DNA from: Escherichia coli O157:H7
Lineage (GTDB): Bacteria; Pseudomonadota; Gammaproteobacteria; Enterobacterales; Enterobacteriaceae
DNA: 64,000 bases
Strand: one strand, 5' to 3'
Assembly (NCBI RefSeq): GCF_013167455.1
Contig: NZ_CP038328.1
Shown here: in pieces, positions 47,090-62,227 of the stretch
How the letters are laid out: each line of letters starts with the position of its first letter
Numbering within the stretch: the first letter of the stretch is position 1
Notes under the pieces: model-generated
Seen by the model: the letters and a program-made list of their open reading frames with translations, nothing else
Database searches by the model: none
Told to the model about the DNA's origin: nothing
Translations under genes and position numbers: made by a program

Positions 47090-47188
47090 CTAAGCCTTTC
47101 CTCGTCCAAGTGCAGCCCCGCACGGTGGGATAATAATCACCACCACGCTAATCACGACCAGGCTAATCACTCGTAGAAGGGCTGTCAT
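47090..47188 (-). CDS. ilvL: ilvGMEDA leader peptide (Val/Ile/Leu-rich)
   Basis: 32-codon minus-strand ORF MTALLRVISLVVISVVVIIIPPCGAALGRGKA. Confidence 0.9.
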   Translation of the reverse strand: MTALLRVISLVVISVVVIIIPPCGAALGRGKA

Positions 47189-47540
47189 TTTGTCTTTTCT
47201 TGCATCTTGTTCGAAGGAATGCCTAAAGAGTTACCATAGATTTTGCGAATAGCACAAGATATTTTTTGGCCGTTTTTTATGATGGCTTTAATAATTTCAA
47301 TAGAAATTGTTGTTTTTTAAAAAGAAAATAGTGAGTGAAAAAAATTCAATTTCAGTACGAATGTTGTTCCCTCCCTCGTAGTTCATCCTTTGTCCGCTGC
47401 ATTTTTGCGAGCATCATTCCACCGCCAGAACAACTCAACTTCACTTGCACAAATAAACAGGAATCAGCCACTAAAATTCACGAATTAGCGGGCTACAGCA
47501 GCGATATCTTATGCACATAATGGTGACTCAAGGAGGGCTT

Positions 47541-49061
47541 ATGTCACTGTCAATTGTTCATACCCGCGCAGCCCTGGGAGTAAATGCGCCCCCAATCACT
47601 GTTGAGGTACATATCAGTAAAGGTTTGCCCGGCTTAACGATGGTGGGCTTACCAGAAACAACGGTAAAAGAAGCTCGCGATCGCGTGCGCAGCGCCATTA
47701 TCAATAGCGGATATGAATATCCGGCGAAAAAAATCACCATTAACCTTGCTCCAGCCGATCTACCAAAAGAAGGGGGACGATATGATTTACCTATCGCCAT
47801 TGCGTTGCTGGCGGCCTCAGAACAGCTTACAGCCAATAAGTTAGATGAATATGAATTAGTCGGAGAACTGGCGCTTACAGGCGCTCTGCGTGGCGTTCCC
47901 GGTGCAATCTCCAGTGCAACTGAAGCTATTAAGTCGGGCAGAAAAATTATCGTCGCGAAAGATAACGAAGATGAAGTGGGGCTAATTAACGGTGAAGGAT
48001 GCCTGGTAGCCGATCATCTGCAAGCTGTCTGTGCGTTTCTGGAAGGTAAGCACGCTCTCGAACGCCCGAAACCAACTGATGCAGTATCCCGGGCGCTACA
48101 ACATGATCTCAGTGATGTTGTCGGTCAGGAGCAAGGAAAGCGAGGACTGGAAATTACCGCCGCTGGCGGGCACAACCTTTTACTGATTGGGCCGCCGGGA
48201 ACAGGTAAAACAATGCTCGCCAGCCGTATTAATGGTCTTTTGCCAGATTTAAGCAATGAAGAGGCACTGGAGAGCGCTGCGATATTAAGTCTGGTAAATG
48301 CTGAATCAGTACAAAAACAATGGCGGCAGCGCCCGTTCCGCTCACCTCATCACAGTGCGTCGTTAACGGCGATGGTGGGCGGTGGTGCAATTCCAGGGCC
48401 AGGTGAAATTTCGTTGGCGCATAACGGCGTGCTTTTTCTTGATGAGCTACCTGAATTTGAACGGCGTACACTGGATGCTTTGCGAGAGCCGATTGAATCC
48501 GGGCAGATCCATCTTTCACGCACACGAGCAAAAATAACCTATCCAGCCCGTTTCCAGCTTGTTGCGGCGATGAATCCCAGCCCTACCGGACATTATCAGG
48601 GAAACCATAACCGCTGCACGCCAGAACAGACATTACGTTATCTCAACCGGCTCTCGGGGCCCTTTCTCGACCGCTTCGATCTCTCACTGGAGATCCCATT
48701 ACCACCCCCCGGCATTTTGAGTAAAACGGTAGTGCCGGGAGAAAGCAGCACCACCGTTAAACAACGTGTAATGGCTGCCAGAGAGCGCCAATTTAAGCGG
48801 CAGAATAAGTTGAACGCCTGGCTGGATAGTCCGGAAATACGCAAATTCTGCAAGCTTGAGAGCGAAGATGCGCAGTGGCTGGAAGAAACGCTGATCCATC
48901 TGGGGTTATCGATTCGTGCCTGGCAGCGGTTATTGAAAGTTGCACGAACCATTGCTGATATTGATCAGTCTGACATTATCACACGTCAGCATTTGCAGGA
49001 GGCAGTTAGCTATCGTGCGATTGACCGTTTGCTCATCCATCTGCAAAAACTACTGACATAA
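47541..49061 (+). CDS. comM: Mg-chelatase-like AAA+ ATPase ComM/YifB
   Basis: Translation MSLSIVHTRAALGVNAPPITVEVHISKGLPG... with Walker A GPPGTGKT; RBS AGGAGG before ATG 47541; track ORF begins 10 codons upstream. Confidence 0.9.
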   Translation: MSLSIVHTRAALGVNAPPITVEVHISKGLPGLTMVGLPETTVKEARDRVRSAIINSGYEYPAKKITINLAPADLPKEGGRYDLPIAIALLAASEQLTANKLDEYELVGELALTGALRGVPGAISSATEAIKSGRKIIVAKDNEDEVGLINGEGCLVADHLQAVCAFLEGKHALERPKPTDAVSRALQHDLSDVVGQEQGKRGLEITAAGGHNLLLIGPPGTGKTMLASRINGLLPDLSNEEALESAAILSLVNAESVQKQWRQRPFRSPHHSASLTAMVGGGAIPGPGEISLAHNGVLFLDELPEFERRTLDALREPIESGQIHLSRTRAKITYPARFQLVAAMNPSPTGHYQGNHNRCTPEQTLRYLNRLSGPFLDRFDLSLEIPLPPPGILSKTVVPGESSTTVKQRVMAARERQFKRQNKLNAWLDSPEIRKFCKLESEDAQWLEETLIHLGLSIRAWQRLLKVARTIADIDQSDIITRQHLQEAVSYRAIDRLLIHLQKLLT

Positions 49062-49085
49062 AAAAAGGGCATTTCGCCCTTTTTA
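49061..49085. terminator. Bidirectional terminator between convergent comM and maoP
   Basis: AAAAAAGGGCATTTCGCCCTTTTT: GC stem flanked by complementary A and T runs. Confidence 0.75.
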
Positions 49086-49424
49086 TTAATCGTCAGAATC
49101 GGTGTAGTCTTCAGCACCTTCAACCTGCGGTTTACCGCCGGAAAGGGTGTGAAAACGTTTTGGACGCTTGATACGCGTCATATACTTGGACCACACGCGT
49201 TCTGCTTCTGTCACTGGCTCACGTTCGCCACGGCATACTGCTACGAAGAGTTTCTCTTCCTCGGTAACCGGCTCGCGTTTGCCAAGATCCAACTCATTGA
49301 AGGCATAACCATGACGCTCAAGCAGTTGTGCCTCTTTGATGGTGAAATCACCATGGCGAGAGAATCCACGTGGATAATGTTTATTGTCGAAATATCGATT
49401 AGTCGTCGTAAAGCTTTCCGCCAT
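49086..49424 (-). CDS. maoP: Macrodomain Ori protein MaoP (YifE)
   Basis: 112-aa [45 protein letters not shown]... Confidence 0.88.
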   Translation of the reverse strand: MAESFTTTNRYFDNKHYPRGFSRHGDFTIKEAQLLERHGYAFNELDLGKREPVTEEEKLFVAVCRGEREPVTEAERVWSKYMTRIKRPKRFHTLSGGKPQVEGAEDYTDSDD

Positions 49425-49542
49425 CCTGCACGCTCCTAATTCTTTGACCGAGCTAGTTATGGCGCGGAGTATTAGTTACGCTTGACAGAGTGTAAAACAA
49501 AACATTTAAATCATAACGACAAATAATTTTGCGGAGAGCACT

Positions 49543-50382
49543 GTGGATACGGAATTGTTAAAAACTTTCCTGGAAGTTAGCCGAACGCGTCACTTTGGTC
49601 GAGCGGCTGAATCGCTCTATCTGACCCAGTCAGCAGTGAGCTTTCGAATCAGACAACTGGAAAATCAACTGGGTGTGAACCTTTTCACCCGCCACAGAAA
49701 CAATATCCGTTTAACCGCTGCCGGTGAAAAACTACTGCCTTATGCAGAAACGCTCATGAGCACCTGGCAGGCCGCCCGTAAGGAGGTGGCGCATACCTCA
49801 CGACATAACGAGTTTTCTATCGGTGCCAGCGCCTCATTGTGGGAATGTATGCTTAATCAGTGGCTGGGACGTTTGTATCAAAATCAGGATGCCCATACAG
49901 GCTTACAGTTCGAAGCGCGAATTGCCCAACGGCAGTCTCTGGTAAAACAGCTGCATGAACGCCAGCTTGATCTTCTTATTACCACTGAAGCGCCCAAAAT
50001 GGACGAATTTAGTAGTCAGTTGCTGGGGTATTTCACTTTAGCGCTTTATACCAGTGCCCCTTCTAAACTAAAGGGAGATCTTAACTATCTGCGACTGGAG
50101 TGGGGGCCAGATTTTCAACAGCATGAGGCAGGTTTGATCGGTGCTGACGAAGTGCCCATTCTGACAACCAGTTCTGCTGAACTGGCACAGCAACAGATTG
50201 CGATGCTTAATGGTTGCACCTGGCTACCCGTCAGCTGGGCGCGTAAAAAAGGCGGCCTGCATACCGTTGTCGATAGCACAACACTTTCACGGCCGCTTTA
50301 TGCCATATGGCTGCAAAATAGCGATAAAAATACGTTGATTCGCGATCTATTGAAAATTAACGTGCTGGATGAAGTGTATTAA
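49543..50382 (+). CDS. hdfR: LysR-family regulator HdfR, GTG start
   Basis: 279-codon ORF (V)[39 protein letters not shown]...; first codon GTG at 49543. Confidence 0.9.
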   Translation: MDTELLKTFLEVSRTRHFGRAAESLYLTQSAVSFRIRQLENQLGVNLFTRHRNNIRLTAAGEKLLPYAETLMSTWQAARKEVAHTSRHNEFSIGASASLWECMLNQWLGRLYQNQDAHTGLQFEARIAQRQSLVKQLHERQLDLLITTEAPKMDEFSSQLLGYFTLALYTSAPSKLKGDLNYLRLEWGPDFQQHEAGLIGADEVPILTTSSAELAQQQIAMLNGCTWLPVSWARKKGGLHTVVDSTTLSRPLYAIWLQNSDKNTLIRDLLKINVLDEVY

Positions 50383-50442
50383 TCTGAATGGCTGGCAAGG
50401 ATGCCGGTAGAAGGATTTACTTCAGAGAGGGTTATTTCAGAT

Positions 50443-50470
50443 AAAAAAAATCCTTAGCTTTCGCTAAGGA
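50443..50470 (-). terminator. rRNA operon terminator (downstream of trpT)
   Basis: Minus-strand hairpin UCCUUAGCGAAAGCUAAGGA followed by U8. Confidence 0.8.
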
Positions 50471-50477
50471 TGATTTC

Positions 50478-50553
50478 TGGCAGGGGCGGAGAGACTCGAA
50501 CTCCCAACACCCGGTTTTGGAGACCGGTGCTCTACCAATTGAACTACGCCCCT
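50478..50553 (-). tRNA. trpT: tRNA-Trp (anticodon CCA), distal gene of rRNA operon
   Basis: 76-nt reverse-complement match to E. coli tRNA-Trp. Confidence 0.95.
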
Positions 50554-50561
50554 AATTAGGG

Positions 50562-50638
50562 TGGCGGAACGGACGGGACTCGAACCCGCGACCCCCTGCG
50601 TGACAGGCAGGTATTCTAACCGACTGAACTACCGCTCC
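50562..50638 (-). tRNA. aspT: tRNA-Asp (anticodon GUC), distal gene of rRNA operon
   Basis: 77-nt reverse-complement match to E. coli tRNA-Asp. Confidence 0.95.
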
Positions 50639-50690
50639 ACCGAATTCTTTTACAACCACCGGTTTTATGACCGGCTTACTGCTTAATTTG

Positions 50691-50810
50691 ATGCCTGGCA
50701 GTTCCCTACTCTCGCATGGGGAGACCCCACACTACCATCGGCGCTACGGCGTTTCACTTCTGAGTTCGGCATGGGGTCAGGTGGGACCACCGCGCTAAGG
50801 CCGCCAGGCA
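50691..50810 (-). rRNA. rrfC: 5S ribosomal RNA
   Basis: 120-nt match to E. coli 5S rRNA (minus strand begins TGCCTGGCGGC..., ends ...CCAGGCAT). Confidence 0.95.
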
Positions 50811-50902
50811 AATTCTGTTTTATCAGACCGCTTCTGCGTTCTGATTTAATCTGTATCAGGCCGAAAATCTTCTCTCATCCGCCAAAACACCTTCGGCGTT
50901 GT

Positions 50903-53807
<2,905 letters not shown>

Positions 53808-54000
53808 TCACAACCCGAAGATGTTTCTTTCGATTCATCATCGTGTTGCGAAAATTTGAGAGACTCACGAACAACTCTCGTTGTTCAGTGTTTCAATTTT
53901 CAGCTTGATCCAGATTTTTAAAGAGCAAATATCTCAAACATCACCCGAAGATGAGTTTTGAGATATTAAGGTCGGCGACTTTCACTCACAAACCAGCAAG

Positions 54001-54076
54001 TGGCGTCCCCTAGGGGATTCGAACCCCTGTTACCGCCGTGAAAGGGCGGTGTCCTGGGCCTCTAGACGAAGGGGAC
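54001..54076 (-). tRNA. gltU: tRNA-Glu (anticodon UUC) in the 16S-23S spacer
   Basis: 76-nt reverse-complement match to E. coli tRNA-Glu. Confidence 0.95.
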
Positions 54077-54161
54077 GTATCAGTCTGCTTCGCAAGACGC
54101 CTTGCTTTTCACTTTCTATCAGACAATCTGTGTGAGCACTGCAAAGTACGCTTCTTTAAGG

Positions 54162-55703
<1,542 letters not shown>

Positions 55704-55834
55704 AAAAGTTTGATGCTCAAAGAATTAAACTTCGTAATGAATTACGTGTTCACTCTTGAGACTTGGTATTCATTTTTCGTCTTGCGACGTTAAGAATCCG
55801 TATCTTCGAGTGCCCACACAGATTGTCTGATAAA

Positions 55835-55915
55835 TTGTTAAAGAGCAGTGCCGCTTCGCTTTTTCTCAGCGGCGCGGGGTGTGCATAATACGCTTTCCCG
55901 CTACAGAGTCAAGCA
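55835..55915 (-). promoter_or_regulatory. rrn P2 promoter (-35 TTGACT, -10 TATTAT) and leader boxA antitermination element
   Basis: Minus strand TTGACT (55907-55912), TATTAT (55885-55890); boxA TGCTCTTTAACAA at 55835-55847. Confidence 0.8.
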
Positions 55916-55994
55916 TTTATTTTTGCTTTCTCTGCCGGAATTCTCAGGAGAACCCCGCTGACCCGGCGGCGTGCTTGCCGTTGTTCCGTGTCAG

Positions 55995-56056
55995 TGGTGG
56001 CGCATTATAGGGAGTTATTCCGGTCTGACAAGAGGAAATTTAAAATAATTTTCTGA
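55995..56056 (-). promoter_or_regulatory. rrn P1 promoter with UP element
   Basis: Minus strand -35 TTGTCA (56026-56031), 16-bp spacer, -10 TATAAT (56004-56009), GCGCCACCACTG discriminator; upstream AGAAAATTATTTTAAATTTCCT UP-element-like A/T tract. Confidence 0.85.
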
Positions 56057-56183
56057 CCGCGCATTTTTTCAGCAAAAGCCCCGTTAATGTGCCATAAAAC
56101 AAGCAATTTGCCGTTTTTGCAACCGTAATCACACTTCCTGGTGGCATACTAAGGAGGAATAAAAAGAAAAAGGAAGATTAGTA

Positions 56184-56876
56184 ATGCCTTTAAGCGCACA
56201 ACAGTTAGCTGCACAGAAAAACCTTTCGTATGTTCTGGCTGAGAAGCTGGCGCAACGGATCTTAAAAGGTGAATATGAACCCGGCACCATTTTGCCCGGT
56301 GAGATTGAGCTGGGCGAGCAATTTGGAGTGAGTCGTACAGCGGTACGCGAAGCGGTCAAAACGTTAACGGCAAAAGGGATGGTTTTACCGCGACCGCGAA
56401 TTGGTACCCGGGTCATGCCACAATCGAACTGGAATTTTCTTGATCAGGAATTGCTTACCTGGTGGATGACAGAAGAGAACTTTCATCAGGTCATCGATCA
56501 CTTTCTGGTTATGCGTATCTGTCTGGAGCCACAAGCTTGCCTACTGGCAGCAACGGTTGGCACCGCGGAACAGAAAGCGCATCTCAATACGTTAATGGCC
56601 GAAATGGCGGCATTAAAAGAGAACTTTCGCCGTGAACGCTGGATCGAAGTCGATATGGCCTGGCATGAGCATATCTATGAAATGAGCGCCAATCCGTTTT
56701 TGACCTCATTCGCCTCGCTATTCCATTCGGTTTATCACACTTACTTCACGTCAATTACCAGCGACACAGTGATAAAGCTGGATCTGCATCAGGCGATAGT
56801 CGATGCGATTATCCAAAGCGATGGCGACGCGGCATTTAAAGCTTGTCAGGCGCTGCTACGCTCACCTGATAAGTGA
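56184..56876 (+). CDS. yieP: GntR/FadR-family transcriptional regulator YieP
   Basis: 230-aa ORF with N-terminal winged-HTH (GEQFGVSRTAVREAVKTL) and FCD domain. Confidence 0.88.
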   Translation: MPLSAQQLAAQKNLSYVLAEKLAQRILKGEYEPGTILPGEIELGEQFGVSRTAVREAVKTLTAKGMVLPRPRIGTRVMPQSNWNFLDQELLTWWMTEENFHQVIDHFLVMRICLEPQACLLAATVGTAEQKAHLNTLMAEMAALKENFRRERWIEVDMAWHEHIYEMSANPFLTSFASLFHSVYHTYFTSITSDTVIKLDLHQAIVDAIIQSDGDAAFKACQALLRSPDK

Positions 56877-56898
56877 TAACCCGATAACAGGACATTGA

Positions 56899-58326
56899 AT
56901 GAGCGATAAAAAGAAGCGCAGTATGGCGGGTTTGCCGTGGATCGCGGCGATGGCCTTCTTCATGCAGGCACTTGATGCCACTATTCTGAATACCGCCTTA
57001 CCCGCAATCGCTCATAGCCTTAATCGTTCTCCTCTCGCGATGCAATCAGCCATCATCAGTTATACGCTGACGGTGGCGATGCTTATTCCGGTAAGCGGAT
57101 GGCTAGCCGATCGCTTCGGTACGCGTCGCATTTTTACCCTTGCCGTGAGTCTGTTCACATTGGGTTCTCTGGCCTGCGCACTTTCTAATTCGCTACCACA
57201 GCTGGTTGTCTTCCGGGTTATTCAGGGGATAGGCGGCGCAATGATGATGCCTGTTGCTCGGCTGGCCTTACTGCGCGCTTATCCTCGTAATGAACTTCTT
57301 CCAGTATTGAATTTTGTCGCCATGCCGGGTCTGGTGGGGCCAATTTTAGGCCCCATTCTTGGCGGCGTGCTGGTCACCTGGGCAACCTGGCACTGGATAT
57401 TTTTAATCAATATCCCCATAGGTATTGCGGGCCTTCTTTACGCGCGCAAACATATGCCCAATTTCACCACCGCACGACGCAGATTCGATATCACTGGCTT
57501 TTTGCTGTTTGGCCTCAGCCTTGTTCTCTTCTCAAGCGGAATAGAGCTATTCGGGGAAAAGATTGTCGCCAGCTGGATTGCCTTGACGGTAATTGTCACC
57601 AGCATCGGGTTACTGCTTCTCTATATTCTCCATGCACGACGCACGCCAAACCCATTAATTTCATTAGATTTATTTAAAACCCGCACTTTCTCGATCGGTA
57701 TCGTAGGCAATATTGCAACCCGTCTGGGGACCGGCTGTGTACCGTTCCTTATGCCATTAATGTTACAGGTAGGATTTGGTTATCAGGCGTTTATTGCTGG
57801 CTGTATGATGGCACCGACAGCGTTAGGTTCCATTATTGCAAAATCGATGGTTACCCAAGTCTTACGTCGTCTGGGCTATCGCCATACATTAGTGGGGATC
57901 ACGGTGATTATTGGGCTAATGATCGCTCAGTTCTCTTTGCAATCACCGGCAATGGCAATATGGATGCTGATCTTGCCGTTGTTTATATTAGGGATGGCTA
58001 TGTCGACGCAGTTTACCGCGATGAATACCATCACACTTGCCGATCTGACCGATGACAACGCCAGCAGCGGTAACAGTGTTCTGGCGGTCACGCAGCAACT
58101 GTCTATCAGTTTAGGCGTAGCTGTAAGTGCGGCCGTCCTTCGCGTTTATGAAGGAATGGAAGGCACAACGACTGTCGAACAATTCCACTATACGTTTATC
58201 ACAATGGGCATTATTACTGTTGCTTCAGCAGCAATGTTCATGCTTCTGAAAACAACCGATGGTAATAATTTGATCAAAAGACAGCGTAAATCTAAGCCGA
58301 ACCACGTTCCATCAGAATCGGAGTAA
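56899..58326 (+). CDS. hsrA: MFS transporter HsrA (YieO), putative efflux pump
   Basis: 475-aa 14-TM-type [44 protein letters not shown]... Confidence 0.88.
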
Positions 58327-59284
58327 GTTGTAATCGTTGTTGCTGAAGGGTCGGCTGGGTTATCCGATGGATGAGTACATCAATCGCCAGCTCCCCCAGT
58401 TCATCTTTTGGTTGATGGATCGTGGTTAATGGTGGCGTCATAAAGCTTGCCAGTTCGATATCGTCATAGCCAATCACCGCGATATCCTGCGGAACCTGTA
58501 ACTCTGCCTGATATAACGCCTGGTAAACGCCAACAGCCATAGCGTCATTTCCGGTAAAGACGGCCTGAGGACGCAGCGGATGTGATAGCAGTTGGCGCAT
58601 AGCGTCAAACCCGCCGTTAAATTCAAAATCACCAGTGACTTCATAGCCATCAGGAATGTTGAGACCCGCACGTTTCATCGCCGCCCGATAACCTTCCAAC
58701 CGCAGGCGCGCCGGAGTTTTATCCAGCGGGCCGGTAATACAGGCGATACGGGTATGACCTTTATCGATCAGATATTGCGTTGCTAAGTCTCCGCCCAGCA
58801 ACGAGTTATCCTGAATAAGATCGCTGTCGCCATCGAACGGAGCCCAGTCCATCATCACAGTAGGCACTGTCGGATAACGTTGCATGATTTCACGCGAAGG
58901 TTGATGCGTTTCGGTGCACAGTAACAGCAAGCCATCAACGCGTTTTTGCATCAGCGTTTCCAGATTGCGATTCATCCGCTGTTCATCGCCTTCGGTATTG
59001 CAAAGGACGAGACTATAACCGCGTTCGAAGCAGCTGCGTTCAACGCCACGCACCAGTTCTGAATAGAAAGGATTGGTACTGGCAGTGATCAACATGCCAA
59101 TGGTATGTGTTTGATTGAGTTTGAGGCTACGCGCCAGAGCTGATGGCGCGTAATTGAGTTCTTTAATCGCCGCTTCAACTTTGGCGGTAATCGCTTCACT
59201 GACGAAGCGATCTTTATTGATAACGTGAGAAACTGTTGAGGTAGAAACGCCCGCCAGGCGGGCAACATCTTTCATTGTAGCCAA
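58292..59284 (-). CDS. rbsR: Ribose operon repressor (LacI family)
   Basis: 330-aa [34 protein letters not shown]... (LacI HTH). Confidence 0.93.
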
Positions 59285-59287
59285 GCG

Positions 59288-60217
59288 TCACCTCTGCCTG
59301 TCTAAAAATGCGTCGATCTCTTCACGCCACGGTACGGAAGGTTGTGCGCCTTTACGTGTTACGGCAATCGCAGCGGCAGCATGGGCAAACCGAATCGCCT
59401 CTGGCAATGGTTTTTCTTCCAGCAACGCCGTGATTAACGCGCCGTTAAAGGTATCTCCGGCAGCAATGGTATCGACAGCCTGCACCCGGAATCCAGGAAC
59501 GCGCTGACCTTCACCATTCACGCTAGCCCATACACCACGACTTCCTAAAGTAATCAGTACAGTACGGATACCTTTTTCATGCAGTACCTGCGCCGCCTTC
59601 GCTGCATCTTCATCATTTTCAACACGAATACCGGTGAGCTTTTCTGCTTCCGTTTCGTTTGGCGTAATAATGTCCACCAGCGCCAGCAGTTCGTCAGGAA
59701 GTTCGCGAGCCGGAGCCGGGTTAAGCGCAACGATAGTCTTATTTTGATGGGCGATTTTCGCCGCTGCCATCACACTTTCGAGTGGTGATTCCAGCTGCAT
59801 TAATAATGCTGACGCGTTGGCAATACGCTCACGTTGCGCTTCCACCAGCGCCGGGGAAAGGGCAGCATTAGCGCCGGCATGAATACCGATGACATTCTCA
59901 CCTTCGCCATTAACAAAAATCAGCGCCACACCTGTTGATTCGCCTTTGATCACGCTGACCGGAGTAATATCGATGTTATCAGTGGCGAGCTGCTGGCGAA
60001 CGCTCTCGCCAATGCTGTCATCGCCAGTACAGGCAATAAACGCGATATTCGCACCGCTACGCCCAGCAGCCACAGCCTGATTCGCGCCTTTGCCGCCAAA
60101 TGCAACCTGATAGTGGTTACCGGTTACGGTTTCGCCTGGAGTAGGAAAAGATTGAAGATTAAGAATGTGGTCAGCATTAATGCTGCCAAGAACAACGAGG
60201 CTGCCTGCGTTTTGCAT
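59288..60217 (-). CDS. rbsK: Ribokinase
   Basis: Translation MQNAGSLVVLGSINADHILNLQSFPTPGETV... (PfkB family); track ORF has a 9-codon upstream extension. Confidence 0.93.
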   Translation of the reverse strand: MQNAGSLVVLGSINADHILNLQSFPTPGETVTGNHYQVAFGGKGANQAVAAGRSGANIAFIACTGDDSIGESVRQQLATDNIDITPVSVIKGESTGVALIFVNGEGENVIGIHAGANAALSPALVEAQRERIANASALLMQLESPLESVMAAAKIAHQNKTIVALNPAPARELPDELLALVDIITPNETEAEKLTGIRVENDEDAAKAAQVLHEKGIRTVLITLGSRGVWASVNGEGQRVPGFRVQAVDTIAAGDTFNGALITALLEEKPLPEAIRFAHAAAAIAVTRKGAQPSVPWREEIDAFLDRQR

Positions 60218-60342
60218 ATTCGGGATGTCCATAAAATGCGCCACCGTGTTAGGGTGGCGCGTGCCCTGCTTTTCTTTATATTACACGTTCATCTGTCGAT
60301 GACGTATTTATGTCACCATCAGGTCATACAACCTGATTAAAA

Positions 60343-61233
60343 CTACTGCTTAACAACCAGTTTCAGATCAACCGGATACTTAGCCTGAACTTTCTCGCCT
60401 TTCAGCACTTTATCTGCGGTTTCAACGCCTTTCGCGCCAATCTGATCGGGTAGCTGAGCGATAGTCGCTGCTAGTTTGCCATCATTCACCGCTTTTTCGC
60501 CATCCGGTGTACCGTCAAATCCGACGACCATCACATCCGATTTACCGGCAGTTTGCAGTGCGCGCAGCGCGCCCAGCGCCATTTCATCATTCTGCGCGAA
60601 TACAGCCTGAACATCCGGATGAGCGGTCAACAGGTTCTGCATTACGTTCAAACCTTTGGTGCGATCAAAATCTGCTGGCTGGCTGGCAAGAACATTAAAC
60701 TTGTGAGCAGCAACGGCCTGCTGGAAGCCTTCGCCACGTTCACGGGCTGCGGATGTACCAGCAATGCCTTGCAGCTCGATAACTTTGGCACCTTCACCCG
60801 CTTTCTTCGCGATGTAATCACCGGCGATTTTGCCACCCAGTACGTTATCAGAAGCAATGTGGCTCACCACTTCACCTTTCGTTGCCTGGCGGTCAAGAGT
60901 GATAACCGGGATGTTCGCCTGGTTAGCCATCTTCACAGCATTACCTACTGCGTCGGAGTCGGTCGGGTTAATCAGCAGAATTTTGGTGCCGCGAACGGTT
61001 AAGTCCTGCACGTTCGCCAGCTCTTTCGCCGGGTTGTTCTGGGAGTCCAGCACCACCAGGTTATAGCCAAGTTTATCCGCCTCTTTCTGCGCGCCATCTT
61101 TCAGCGATACAAAGAACGGGTTGTTAAGCGTGGAGACCACCAGCGCGATGGTGTCTTTTGCCATCGCATTCGCACTGACGGTGGCGCTTAGCGCAACAGC
61201 GGAAACCAGGGTAGCCAGTTTTTTCATGTTCAT
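60343..61233 (-). CDS. rbsB: Ribose ABC transporter periplasmic binding protein
   Basis: Translation [35 protein letters not shown]...; signal peptide. Confidence 0.95.
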   Translation of the reverse strand: MNMKKLATLVSAVALSATVSANAMAKDTIALVVSTLNNPFFVSLKDGAQKEADKLGYNLVVLDSQNNPAKELANVQDLTVRGTKILLINPTDSDAVGNAVKMANQANIPVITLDRQATKGEVVSHIASDNVLGGKIAGDYIAKKAGEGAKVIELQGIAGTSAARERGEGFQQAVAAHKFNVLASQPADFDRTKGLNVMQNLLTAHPDVQAVFAQNDEMALGALRALQTAGKSDVMVVGFDGTPDGEKAVNDGKLAATIAQLPDQIGAKGVETADKVLKGEKVQAKYPVDLKLVVKQ

Positions 61234-61257
61234 ATTCAAGATGTCCTGTAGTCGTTA

Positions 61258-62223
61258 TTACTGCTTTTTGTTGTCTACCAGCACCGCCAGCAAAATCACC
61301 ACCGCTTTGACGATCATCTGGTAATAGGAGGAAACACCTAACAAATTCAATCCATTATTAAGGAAGCCAAGAATTAATGCGCCGATCAACGTCCCAACAA
61401 TGCGACCTTTTCCGCCCGCCAGACTCGTACCGCCCAGAACCACCGCAGCAATAGCATCCAGCTCATAGCCAGTCCCCGCCGTGGGTTGTGCGGAGGAGAG
61501 ACGCGCCACTTCAATGATCCCGGCCAGTGATGCCAGCAGACCACAAAGAGAATAGACGATGATTTTGATTTTATTGACGTTGATACCAGAAAGACGCGTT
61601 GCCGCTTCGTTGCCGCCCAGCGCGTAGATGTAACGCCCCAGACGCGTGTGATGCAGCATGTACCAGGCCGCGAGGAAGACAATCCCCATGATCCAGACTG
61701 GCGTCGGTACGCCCAGCGGACGACCAATACCAAACCAGCCAAACAGATCGGCGTTCTCAGTAAAGCCGGTATTCACTGGGCTACCGTTGGTATAAACCAT
61801 GGTCACGCCGCGCAGTAAAAGCATCATAACCAGCGTAGCGATAAACGCCTGGACGCGACCTTTCGCTACAATCACTCCGGTTACCGCACCAATTGCGGCA
61901 CCTAACGCGAGAGCGGCAGCGACAGCCACCAGCGCATTGACTTCAATGCCGACGATAGATGCAGCAACTGCGCCGGTTAGCGCCAACAGAGAACCTACCG
62001 ACAAGTCGATGCCCGACGTCAGGATCACCAGCGTCATCCCGACCGCCATAATGGCGTTCACTGAGGTTTGCTGGAGAATATTGAATAAGTTATTGATGGT
62101 GAAAAAGTTCGGGCTTAACGTCGAGACAATCGCGATCAGCACCAGCAGAGCGATAAGCGATTTCTGCTCCATCAGCCACGCTTTCGTGAAATAACGGCGA
62201 CCAGAGACAGTCTGGGTTGTCAT
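61258..62223 (-). CDS. rbsC: Ribose ABC transporter permease
   Basis: 321-aa polytopic membrane ORF MTTQTVSGRRYFTKAWLMEQKSLIALLVLIAIVS... Confidence 0.93.
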   Translation of the reverse strand: MTTQTVSGRRYFTKAWLMEQKSLIALLVLIAIVSTLSPNFFTINNLFNILQQTSVNAIMAVGMTLVILTSGIDLSVGSLLALTGAVAASIVGIEVNALVAVAAALALGAAIGAVTGVIVAKGRVQAFIATLVMMLLLRGVTMVYTNGSPVNTGFTENADLFGWFGIGRPLGVPTPVWIMGIVFLAAWYMLHHTRLGRYIYALGGNEAATRLSGINVNKIKIIVYSLCGLLASLAGIIEVARLSSAQPTAGTGYELDAIAAVVLGGTSLAGGKGRIVGTLIGALILGFLNNGLNLLGVSSYYQMIVKAVVILLAVLVDNKKQ

Positions 62224-62227
62224 TTTT

